Origin: Yuukianura sp. NJ FZ-2021
Lineage: Eukaryota
Assembly (NCBI GenBank): GCA_046563655.1
Contig: CM102283.1
Coordinates: 3,534,001-3,598,000 of the forward strand
Length of the DNA: 64,000 bases
Direction: 5' to 3'
The notes beneath the pieces were generated by a model, which worked only from the letters and a program-made list of their open reading frames with translations, ran no database searches and had not been told where the DNA came from. The translations under genes were made by a program, and so were the position numbers. Shown here in pieces: positions 27,501-39,049 of this stretch. Each line of letters starts with the position of its first letter. Position 1 is the stretch's first letter.

Positions 27501-28804
27501 AAAGTTTTAGTATTTAAGTTTTCTCTGTTTTAAAATCTTGAACCGAAAAACTAGTCTTGGGAGTAATTTGTCTTAAACAATCTTTTTTCTAAATAAGTTC
27601 CTATTACTTATGTAATTCATGTTTGATTTTTCTGTGCCTCTTTTTTAATTTCATTGATTTTAATTAGTTTAAATTATTCTTATTGTTAATCATTATTCAG
27701 GGTATTCAACTTATTTAGTGTAAGATTTTTTGATTTCAAGTGATTTGTTTAAAAAAAACTGTTTTTACCAACAACACGAACGAAATGAGAAACGCAACCG
27801 ACTAAAAGTTACCAAAATTTTCACCAAACTTTTTCAACAAACAAAATCTACGTTTTTCAAACTTGACACAGAAAGGTCAGTTCTTGTCCGTTCGTTTCGC
27901 TGTTAAAGTTTTCTGAAAACTGAATTGTGACGTTGATTTACACAGGAGTGTTGGTTAAATTAGGAAATTAAACTTAATAAATTGATTTGTAGTTAAGATT
28001 AATCTATTAAAAAAAACTCCAAAAGTGGTGTAATCGTCCACATTCTATAAAATTTAAAACTAATTTGAAGATAATTACAGATCATGATGAGCTTCATAAT
28101 TGATAATGATGGAAAAATAAATCAAATTTTAAAGGAAACAAGTTCACACAAATATTTCTAACCTTCAATTTTTTACCAGACTGTTTTTCTTCGTGTTGTG
28201 AAAACTCCATTTTGCTTCATTATAGTTTCCACAATAAACCAAATTAATTGTACAAAAAAGACATGATTCAATGGGCAACAAGGATTTCAAGATTCCATTT
28301 ACGAGGAGATCACAATCTCTTTTCGTTTTTTCGAACTTCTTCCTCACTTTTTTCCCTGATGCAGCACTAGTTCTTCAGTTTCTTTCTCGAAAAAATACTG
28401 ACCTGCTAAATTTTAATGTTCTCTTATGGTTTAACTTTATTAGCTCTCAAAGCCTTCTTCTCCTGCCACGACAAATGGGCTGGAAGGGCACGGTTCCTTG
28501 CCTTCCCCGATGCACAAGTCACATGACACTTCTGGACGGTGACTTAAGCACCGTTCATCATGTCAACAACTGTGAATCACGGACATTTGAAGTTACTTTT
28601 AGTTAGGCAATGCAAGCTGACACAAACAAGATCTAAAAAGCTAAGCTAAAAACTTCCAATAGTTCACAAGTTTCCGCTCATGAAAGTCCAGGAATCAGAA
28701 AGAGAAAGCGAAACAGTAAAAAATGGAGCTGTTGTCGTACCGCTGTTTTTTCAGCGTTCCAGGGCCCCGCTCCCCCTTAATATCACTATTGCTGGAGCGT
28801 GGCT

Positions 28805-28850
28805 TTAGGTTAGGCTAGCGTTAGGTTATGGTTAGGCTAAGGTTAGGTTA
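28805..28850. repeat. Degenerate (TTAGG)n pentamer tract
   Basis: ttaggttaggctagcgttaggttatggttaggctaaggttaggtta. Shorter related tracts occur near 160, 1745, 31035-31075 and 35735-35770. Confidence 0.7.
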
Positions 28851-31800
28851 TGCCCCACCTTTGTGTAGATTCGGAAGGTGGAATTGAAGAGGTTTAGAGC
28901 CCTTGAAGTGGAACTGGACCTAATGTATGAGGAGTGGAGAAAGTGTAGTAAGTGGGAAGGGAAAAGAGGCTCGTGGGACCTCTTAGGGCTCTCCCCTTAC
29001 ATTTATTACTCCACTGATTCAGGACACTACCACCAGTTTCCGAATTTCAGAGTTTTAGGATCCCCTGGAATCTAGAATTTTAGGATTCCGAGGATTAGGA
29101 GCCCCACACTCTGCTCCTGCTTCCGGCCCTTCCGCTTGTGCAGAGAAAGTGGCTTTCTTTCCCCTTCAGCTCCTCTTTTCTCCCGTGAAGGATTAGTGGC
29201 TCACTGGATCTAATCCCACCAAATAACATACACAGAATACCCCATTAAAAACTACAACTCTCAAAAGAGTCAACCAACCAAAACGCTCTTCAGCACTACC
29301 AACTTTTTCAAAATTTTGAATTTCAACAGGCAACAACTGGTCCTTAGCCTTTTGGACCCAATTTCAAAATTTCTGGAGCAAATTCAATCCTAGACGAAGG
29401 AAAAGGAGATGTTTTGGTTACTTTTTTTCTTGAAATGGAGCTCCACCGTATTTTTGAACTCTGCAGAACTACTGAAGTAAACTGAAAAGTCTCTCTAGAG
29501 TTTTTTTTTGAAAGTTTTGTAGAAAATGATGGTCCTCTTTTGTAAAGTACCCCGTTGACCTACTTACTTTCTCCTTGGGCTCACGTGCTTTCTCCATATG
29601 AGTCTCGGAACATAGGATCTAAACTACTTTCTCCTGCTTTCTTCATGCTTTCAACAAGGAGTCCTTCCAGGAAGAGAGCAAAATCCTCTTGAGAAGTCTA
29701 ATTGTTACCAATTACGGTCCCACTGGAAGGAACTGCAAGAGACTACTTTTTTTTTTTTGAAAATGGAACCACGTTCCCGCCAACACAAATTGTCCACAAG
29801 TTTAGAAAAACGTCTTAGACTGGACCTAATTTCAAAGACAAACAACCTAACCGCAAAGTACCACGCTTAGATGCGTCACATTTGTCAAGTTTTGTCCTAC
29901 TTTTTGAATTGTATGCAGCATCTAACGCCATTTTTCTCAAAATGTTTAAAGTTTTAGTGTTTTCAGCCCAAAACTTGCGTTTTTAAGCTTTTTTGAAAAA
30001 TAAGGACCAAAGTTGGTAGGATTTTGAAAGTGAAGTGATGACGGGGCTTTGAAAGTAGTTTGGTGAGACCATTTAGATTTATTTATTTGTCAACTCTGCA
30101 AATCATGTCTTCTGTCTCTGTCACTTTCACAAGAAAAGAGGTAAAATTTAAACTGAACAGAGGGGTTTTGGAGCTTAAACAACTTCAACATCTTTTCTTA
30201 CATGCAAAATGTCGTTAGAAAGAAAGAAAAGTACAAAAACGAGCGTTTTGAACTAAATCCCCCGATTGCAACAAAATCTCTTTGTCTAAAACACAGATCT
30301 TCGGAACAGAAACAATTCAAATCCCAAATCCCACCTTTTTGAAAAAAAAAGTTTTAAAATTCTTTTTCTGTCTACTTACCGAAACAAAGTAAAAATTTTA
30401 AAAATTGCTCAAAGAGGGTACCACAATTGAGGTTTTTATTTTTGAAGAATGTAACTTGAAAAGTAATGGAAAAAATGTAGTATGTACCATTTCAATGTCA
30501 TTTATACTTGTTTATAAAAAGTTGCAAAAATTTATGCTCAGGAGTATTCCAGTTGAGAAGAGTAGACAAAACTCCAAAACTATAATTAACCTGAACAGGA
30601 GAATTATTCGTCTCCGATAACGTCCAAAGTTAAAAAAAGTGAAGTGCTGTGTTGAACTTTGACATTTTGAGTTTTACTTTTCTTGCAAGCAAGAAGCCAA
30701 GATCAAATTTCATTTTTCTAATTTTGAAAATGGATTCTTAAAGTTGAAATAGGCCAGAAACGAGTTGGAAATTTAGGGGAGAAAGCCTATTAGAGTAAAA
30801 GTAGAAAGTTCTCTGAAAAGTCATCTGTTCCCCTTGGATGATTTATAGTCGTTTATTCCTACTTCCAAATCATAGACACAATTTCAACTTCATCATATTA
30901 CGACCAGCCTAACATGAACATAACCTAACCTTGTCCTCAATTCCAGAATACTTCCAGTACTGTTCCCGTAGCAGCAGTTACTCCCTCCAGATGCTAACTC
31001 CAAGTCACTATTGTGCTTCTAAGACTTTCTACTAGGTTAGCCTAACGTTCTCCAGGTTAGGTTATGTTAGCCTAACTTTTTCTCAGAAATCCATCCACTC
31101 CCTCTCTCGTTATTTTCTATTTTGTATTTGGTGGGCAGTCGACAGCAGCAGCAGCGTCTTTCTCTGATTTGTGAAGGAAGAATGGATGGAGGCAAAATTA
31201 AATTCCCCTTGGAAAAGGAAATGGACGGAACGCGCCGGAGTTTTTGAAATGTCTCACAAGAACATTGATTTGAGAATAGTCAATTCAAAAAGAGCTTCAT
31301 GCAGAGAGACTACACAAGTGAATTGGGTTTTTTTCTGAATAAAAGTACTATAAGATGTACTAAATTCTACTACAAAAAGCACTAGTACGTGTCTAAAGGA
31401 TTTTCAAATATAGAAGCAATTGGAGAAGGCTTTGTGAAAGCTCTGATTTCTTTTTAGAATTGAATAGTAACAAGGAAAGGACAGCGGAGCATTTAGATTT
31501 AAGCCGAAAGAAATTCACTTTTTCTCAAAAATTTTCGAATTTAAAAAGTACTTGCCAAAATTTCAAAAAAAAATGTATATGGTGACCTGCATGGTCGCTT
31601 GTCTAGACTTTTATGAAAAATTTTTTCCACATTTTCAAAAAAAAAAAAACTTTTTTTTTCTTTTTGAGTTTTGCTTTGTTATTAAGCTTTGAAGCTACTG
31701 TATTCATCCGCCTTGTCTGTCCGTCTGTCTGTCGTTGTACTTTTGAATCATTGAAACTTCTAATATATTATAATTAATTATTAAGAAAGTATAAACTTAT

Positions 31801-32824
31801 GATGGGACTATGATTAATATTGAATTGTGAGTTATTAAAAACGGAAAAATGGACTGCTGAGAGTCTCTGGAAGAAAGAAGATTTATGGTATTGAATCATG
31901 CCAATATTTGGAGTAAGTTTTATCAAAAGACGTTGAGAAGAGCAGTTCTTATTAAACACTTCCCAAAATTCATTTAAGTTTGTTCCTCTGCTACGTGTGC
32001 CCAACTATTCCTAGATTTATGGCATTCGTATCTTAATTTATAGACCCAAATGTCATAATTTTAGGAGGGAGTTTTGGAATTCCTTAAGCTTTCTAACAAA
32101 AGCTTTCTCCAACTCTCCCTCTCTCTCAGGAAATTGTTTTCTCTCTTCAATGCCGGCCATTGTCTTCTCACTTCCTCTTTGGTTTGATTGAGATCCAACC
32201 AAAACAAAAACTTACTTGTTCACAATAAAAAATGTCATTTTTTAATTTTCTTTCAAGTAAACCAAAAATCAGTTGCTCAAATAAAGAAAAGTTTTGGAAT
32301 AGAAAAACCAGGTAACTCAAAGCACAATTTTGATGATTTGATTTCATGTGATATTTTGGAACTTATTTAGTGATAATGATAAGAGCGAATCAATAACGTA
32401 AGCCTTAAGCGTTATAATGCTGACTGAGAATTAAATTCTTAAAGTTTCACTTTATAACTTTACAAAAAAAGATTACTTTTGCTTTCCAAAACAAAAACGA
32501 AGCAACCAAAAATAAAATTTTCCTAACGCAAGTGGCATAACTTTTTTTTAAGTGGAGCGTCTTTTCCTGGGCAGTTTTCATCAGTTTTTTGAGTGATGCA
32601 GAACACGGATGTCAGCCCAGCACAAAAATAAACCTTAACGCCTTAACAACATCAAAAATCACAGTTTTTAGTTTTTAATTCTTCCAGTTTTAGACAAGTT
32701 GAAGAAGTTGAACCATCCAAAAAAAGATGGAATCAATAATAAACATTTAAGCCGATTAGAAACTAAAACAGTCTGCTTAATACTCACTTGTTCTAAAAAT
32801 AAGAAAAGCATGGACGTGGATAAA

Positions 32825-33147
32825 TTATCGACCGACTGGCACCATGACCATTTCAGGCCGCCATAGTCCTAATCCGCCACCAAACGGAACACCTCCGAAC
32901 ATTGGGCCACCACGGTACCACCACGGCATTCCACCGCCGATGAACCCACCACGCCACCCACCTCCGAACAACCTCGACTCTACTTGAGTCACAATCGTCA
33001 GAACGGCTACAAGCACCAACATTAACGCCACCTAAAAAAATTAAAATTCTAAAGTGTTAAGCATACTTCAGTTACAATGGCGTCTGACCTTCATTGCAAT
33101 GTTGTTGTTTTTTTTTTGAAATTTCCCAAACTTACGTTGTACTTCAT
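32825..33147 (-). CDS. Secreted glycine-rich peptide A (72 aa)
   Basis: Exon 1 33147-33136 (ATG AAG TAC AAC|gtaag) joins exon 2 33031-32825 (ttttag|GTG). Signal peptide MKYNVALMLVLVAVLTIVTQVES is followed by RLFGGGWRGGFIGGGMPWWYRGGPMFGG...PVGR*. Confidence 0.88.
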
Positions 33148-33790
33148 TATGTTGAACGAGGAAGTTGTGATTTTCAGAATTTCAGAAATTCAGAATTTGT
33201 TGAATTTGGAGCTCCGGTGTTGTAGGAAATCAATTGACATTTTTCTGGTCAAGCTTAAAATCCTTTTATGCAAGAATGGAATCTTTCGAAAATGTAATTA
33301 ACGCCACCAAATATAAGTTCCTGGAAGTTTCAAAATTTCCCTAACTCTTAGAATTTGCTTTTCGTAATGACCTGTTGAGTTCACGCAATCATTGTTGAAT
33401 GTCGTCCATGCTCAATGTCACCACAGCTACAGCCGACAGTGTCAAAGTCGCGACAGAAACGACGTGGAGCGGTCTTCCAAAAACAATAACAAAGAACAGT
33501 TCTTTCTAATTTAAGGTTTCAAAATCAACGGTAAGTTTTTTCGCTGAGAACTAAAGATTTTTGTTAAAAATTTGTACGAATTGTCGGCAAATTTGCTCAT
33601 CTCTACTTGGACTGTGGATTATTATGGACAATGTGTGTATGTAAGGTAAGGAATCAAAGATTATTAAACAGAATGTATGAACACACTTAACAACAAAAAT
33701 CACAGTTTTTAATTTTTAATCCTTCCAGTTTTTTATTTTTTAAAACCGTCCACATTCAAAAGAAGTTAGCCACCAGAGGAACTAAGGCCT

Positions 33791-34155
33791 TCACCATCCA
33801 AATCTGTTGCCAAACATACCACTTCCGAACATAGGGCCACTACGATACCACCACGGCATGCCACCACCTATGAACCCACCACGAAACCCACCTCCATAAT
33901 ACCCACCACGAAACCCACCTCCGTAGTACCCACCACGAAACCCACCTCCGTAGTACCCGCCAGGAAACCCGTTTCCATAGTACCCGCCAGGAAAGGAGCC
34001 TCCGCCGAACCTGGACTCAATCTGAGTGACAATCGGGAGAATGGCTGCAACCATCAAGATTAACGCCACCTAAAATTCAAAATTTCCATTTTAAAAAGTA
34101 CTATAATAACCACAATTTTTTTTTTGAAATTTTCTAAACTTACGTTACACTTCAT
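33791..34155 (-). CDS. Secreted glycine/tyrosine-rich peptide B (96 aa), tandem paralogue of A
   Basis: Exon 1 34155-34144 (ATG AAG TGT AAC|gtaag) joins exon 2 34069-33791. Signal peptide MKCNVALILMVAAILPIVTQIES; GGYYGGGFR repeats; shares the GGFIGGGMPWWYRxGPMFG core with A. Confidence 0.9.
33881..33988 (-). repeat. 27-bp coding tandem repeat (GGYYGNGFP x1, GGYYGGGFR x3)
   Basis: Four acgaaacccacctccgtagtacccacc-like units on the + strand. Confidence 0.92.
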
Positions 34156-34258
34156 TGAAAAAACGAAAGTAAGTTTCAAAATTTAGAATTTTTCTGAATG
34201 TGAAGCTGCGTTTGTTGTTTGGAAATCGATTGAATTTTTCTTGTCACGCTTAAAAACC

Positions 34259-34267
34259 TTTTATATA
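34259..34267 (-). promoter_or_regulatory. TATA box of peptide B gene
   Basis: TATATAAAA on the minus strand ~105 bp upstream of the ATG. The homologous site of gene A (33264-33270) reads CATAAAA. Confidence 0.6.
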
Positions 34268-36127
34268 AAAATTGAATATCTCGAAAATGTAATTAGCGCC
34301 GTCAAATATAAGTTTCAGGCAGTTTCAAAATTTCATCATCTCTTTGGAATTTGTACTTTTCGTAATGACCTGTTGAGGTCACGCAATCCCTATCAAGGAA
34401 CAACAATAAACAACATGCATAGCCTATGTTGCATAATTTGTTCTATTTTTATCTAAACTTAAAACAATAATCTTCTTAACGAGGACAACAAAAGCACTTT
34501 GGTTTTCATTTCAGGTTCTTTGAATCTTGATTTTCGGAATTCTGGATTTTTCGAAATTTGGTATGCTCCTCTGCTTTGTAATCTGGATTAGGATCAAAGT
34601 AATTTGTAACTGTAGGGAATGTTCAATCACACTTTCACTAAAACGTTGAGAGTGAAAGTAAAAGTTAAGTGGAGGGAAAGTCAGGAGTCATTTAAAGTTT
34701 TTTTTGAAAATTTGGACTGAAAAAGAAAGCTAGGAGAAAGTAGTTTTTCCTTGTTCGTTTTCCTTCACCGCCATTTTAAGCAGAATTCATCAAGTTGAAG
34801 TGTGCTTGGTGAAACGAGTTTTAAATTTAGGAGATGTTGAGGGGAGACAAATTTTACACAATTTGTTAACTGTCATGTCTTTTCTCTTCTTTTTTCAAAA
34901 AGTTTAAATTCCATTCCCGTTTTAAAAAAAAACGGGTTTGTTCAAAACCGGATATCTTCGCAGATTCAACAAATCTCAGCAAATACATTTTTTTTGTCGA
35001 TAAACCAAAATTTTGTTTTTCTTTGTTGATTTTAATGTTAATGAAATCTCCCAAGAAAATTTCTGAAATGAAAACCAAAATAGGGTGCTAAATAAATTAA
35101 TGTCATTGTTTTCCTCCCCACACTATTTTTTTCGTTTTCGATTTTTCCTTCATCCCATAAGATTTCCTTGGGGAAACTTGAAATTAATCGGCCTGTCACA
35201 CAAATCCTGCGGTGTCCCCATCGACTTTTGTTGTTCAAATTCAACCAAATCAAAACCCAATATTCAAACTTTCAAAAAACAGTAACGTGCAAGCAAACAA
35301 ACAGCAAAAGAACTCAATTACAAGTACAAGTCTCATGCCAGCGTATTTCTCAGAAATAAAATGTTTAAATTTTGGAAAATTTCAAAACAAAGACAAGCGT
35401 ATTTAGGAAAACTTCAAAAGAATTCAGCAAAAAAGCATCAGGAGGAAAAAATTTGAAACACAAAATCGTTTTATGGTTTTTGTTTTGGTGGAAAATTTAA
35501 ATGAGTCGTGGAAAAGTGGCTGTTTGGGGAAACCACGGCAATTACAAATCTGCACAAACCATTTTGAGATAGAAAACGACCCTGTAATTGTCAAATTTCC
35601 TGTGGAGATCCCCATGTGACACTTCGCGGGACTTTTCAAATGTTGTAGTAAGCCAAGGTAGACGTAATTGGACTTGTGTCGCTTCTTTCAAATTACAGCC
35701 ACTTTCTCTCCTACTGTGAAACTGTCGTAATAACATAACCTAACCAGCACATAGCTTAACTTCAACCTAACCGACAATAATTGCTGAGGGAGCGGGAACG
35801 CTCAAATTAAAGTTTATTGGACGCCATATCACGCAGTTTCACTCTCACCAAATCTTTGGGGATTAATTTAAACGCCTCTGGACTTTCCCGCTCCATGACT
35901 TTCGTCATTTACAGTTCAAATGGTCAGCAAAAAACAAAATGGCGGGAAAGTGTAGGCCATTTGAAATGACAACTTTCCTGAACAATCTCAAAATCTTCAA
36001 AATGTTTGAACACTCCCGCTTTGAGAAAAACCGAAAGTCCAAAACTGTGTTTACATGGGTTTAACTTTCTCCTATACAAAATTTTCAAAATTTTCCTTCG
36101 TTTTGGTAATTTTTTTTTCGAAATGTG

Positions 36128-37929
36128 TTAATTTTTGAAAATGCTGGATATCAAGTCGTTGGACATTTTTTCTAGAAAGTCTGTATGTCGTAGGCCACTT
36201 GCCCAGTCGTCAGGAAGTGCAGATCTTCCAAGTCTGGCGCCCAGTAATGCTCCAGCGACTGCGCAATTTGAATCAGCGTCTCCTGCTTCCAGCGTAATTT
36301 GAGTTATAACGCTTTTGAAAAAATCAGCGTCACTTTGATTCTGTTGTTTTGCTCTAGTTAGAGCAAAAAGTCCTGCCCCCAGGCATTTAAAAGTGTAGCC
36401 CATGCTTTTCTTGTCGTCCAATTTCAAATCCGAGAGGCGCGAACAAAAACAGTAAAACTCCAAATCTTTCATCCAATTTCGCTCTTCCGGCGCGTCAGAG
36501 TTTGATTCTGTCTTTGCATCTGAGTAGAATGGACTTGATTCTATGAGGAATTTGTAATCTTCGAAAACTTTCCGGGAAAGTGACTCCATCTCTGGGTCAA
36601 TTCCGTAATCATCAATACTTTTTGGAAGGATTTTAGGAATTTTGGCGGGAGTCTCCGCTCTTTGTCTATCCAGTGGTTTGAAATCTGGAAATTTAAAATT
36701 CGGCCGCGCTTTTGAGCTTGGAATTTCTTTCGGTTTGAAGAAATTTTGAATTTTTCTGAAAATCCCAATCTCTTCAGTTTGAACTGGCATGGATTCGCGG
36801 GCTTTAGGCAGAAGAGGTGGAGAAACTGGTTCGAGTGATTCTGGCTGTGCCAAATCTGTGCCTTGTAGCATCAGCTGATTCAGTTGGTCATGGTTGATTT
36901 CTGATTGGTTCTTGGATTGACCAATCAAAAGACGACTGACGATGACGGACACAATGACGGCACTTATGATGGAACGTGGATCGGCGTGAGTGACTTTTGC
37001 AGCTCTTATTGCATTTTCCACTACTTTTTGCTCGTTCCAAAACGAAGGAATGCCAAGGATGGATGTGCGCATGACGGCTCCGTTTGGTGCCAAATTCCGT
37101 TTGTTTGAATTCCAAACTTCGTAGGAAGATTTGAACGGTTTCGTTAAGAAATCTTCGTGCCGAATGACCGATCCGACGGTAAATCCGATTCCGCATGGCG
37201 GTTTGTCTAGCTGTGGAAAACCGATTTCGGTCCACTCCCGAAGTCTGTAAGCAAATTGCTGAGGAATTAAAACTCCCTCGTTGCCCAAAAGACACTGCAG
37301 GATTAGTAGAAGCTGATCTGAAAAAAAAAATTTGAAAATAAATTTTTGAAATTTATTTTTGAAATAATGCAATTCTCAATTACACAATTTTTTTTTTCAT
37401 GTTAATACCTGTGTCATCCGTAAAGTCATGCTCGTACCAACGAGTTCGATGACCGTCTTGCCAAAATTCAAATCTAACAACACAAAAATTGATAATAAAC
37501 TAATTAATTTAGTCAATTACCAATTATGTTGTAAGTGTTACAGATTTTGCAAACGTCATTGACCTCGAGGTCATTGACCTCTAGCAACAAGTTCTGCAAA
37601 GGTCATCGACCTTTACCAGTTCCAAAATATTACCCTTCTGCTTTTCCAAATTTGATAGGTCCCACGCCATACAAATGCGTTGCATTGACTTTCGTCATGA
37701 ACTCTGTCGCTAGACCAAAAGCGTCTCCCAGTGCACCTCCTTGGCATCAAATTCAAAAGTTAATTAATTAGTTAATTAGTTTCATTTAATTTCACTAAAA
37801 TGTATTTATATTATAATGTATTATATTATTATGAATTCTCTTACCAAACATACATCCTTGTATACGATCGATTAACTCTTGTTTGTTCAAATTCGTCTTT
37901 GCTAGCACGGAACTAGTTTGGTCTTCCAT
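36128..37929 (-). CDS. ADP-ribosylglycohydrolase (ARH/DraG/crystallin J1 family), 481 aa
   Basis: Exons 37929-37845, 37739-37634, 37473-37409 and 37317-36128 join in frame. Motifs DRIQGCMFGGALGDAFG..TEF, FTDDTDQ, PNGAVMR, THAD and GDADSNCAVAGALLGA match the metal-binding residues of the family. Confidence 0.93.
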
Positions 37930-37930
37930 T

Positions 37931-37990
37931 ATTTTGCTAAATTTGGCTTAATTTTGCTAAATATTGCTAAACTTTGCTAAATACTCCTAA
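37931..37990. repeat. 10-bp tandem repeat (attttgctaa) x6 abutting the ARH start codon
   Basis: attttgctaa atttggctta attttgctaa atattgctaa actttgctaa atactcctaa. Confidence 0.85.
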
Positions 37991-39049
37991 ATTTTTCTTT
38001 AGTACAAAAACAATGTACAACCAAAGCGAGTTTTGATACACAACTGAGTCTGTAAATTACTGTGAAGTGCAGAAAAAACGAAAACTTACAGCTGACGTGT
38101 TTTTGTTTTTCAGATGGGAAGTTGCGTCAGTTGCAAAAACCAAAGTGACTCATAGGCACAACCACGGTCATTCATATTCTGCACTTTTCGGAAAATTTTG
38201 CACTAAAAACACACCAATGATACAACTTTTCCAAAGAAGGAATTCAGAGTTTTCAGGAATTACAAACAACGAGTACAAAAAGTGTAATTTTTTTTTGTAG
38301 AAAATAGAAATTTTGTTTGATCAAATCGGTTCACGTAATGGGCTGGGCTACTTCTGGAGTAAAGATGTTTTAGGATGTGGAAAAGTGTGGAGATATCTCA
38401 AGATTGTAAAATTGTCAAAAGTTTGCTCATTCTGAAAAAAAAGTTTTTAATGTTGATACTAGACAAAAACGAAAGTTTTTTTTGAAACTGTAGTAAGTGT
38501 GGTGTAGAGCTATCAGGAGAAAGTCGGGAGAGGAGTAAAGGAAGTACGTGACAGGGGAAAGGAGATACTTTCACCCGGGAAAAAATCAAAAAAGTAAAAA
38601 AGTGAGTTTTTTGGGCAGAGAGAAGAAAGCCATCATCCCAAATTGAAAATATGACTCATTTCAATGGATTTCCTAACTTTCACTTTTTTCAAACTTCCCT
38701 CCAAAATAGCTCCGAGGGAGTGAAAATTTCAACCAAAACTTTTCTAATGACTTTCCCTCGGCCAATTCACTACACTTTTCCCCAGTTTTTTTTAAAAACA
38801 AGTTTTCATGGGACCAATTTAAAAAAAGACTAAAATCCTAAAACATTTTACTTGCTACATTAAAAAATGACGCGTCTAACATCTAATTTCCCCCAGGTTC
38901 AAAAAATCCTCAAACAAAATCAAAAATTTGTTTTTTCTTGACTTTTTTTTTTATCTTGGTTCTTCTATTGCTTCTGAAATTTTAGCGACAGATAAACTCA
39001 AGGTCAACAAAGGTCACGTGACTTTGAAAAAGCGCAAAAGTTCAAAATT

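Noticed and set aside
28805-28850. Telomere (TTAGG repeats)
   Set aside because: Short, degenerate and interstitial. More consistent with microsatellite or repeat-element sequence.
1-32000. Dozens of 60-130 aa ORFs rich in F/K/L/N
   Set aside because: Typical translations of AT-rich intronic or intergenic DNA, many with non-ATG starts and no motifs. Only the CELF exon fragments are supported.
36128-37372. Bacterial contaminant origin of the long ARH ORF
   Set aside because: The catalytic N-terminus is supplied by three upstream spliceosomal exons in correct phase.
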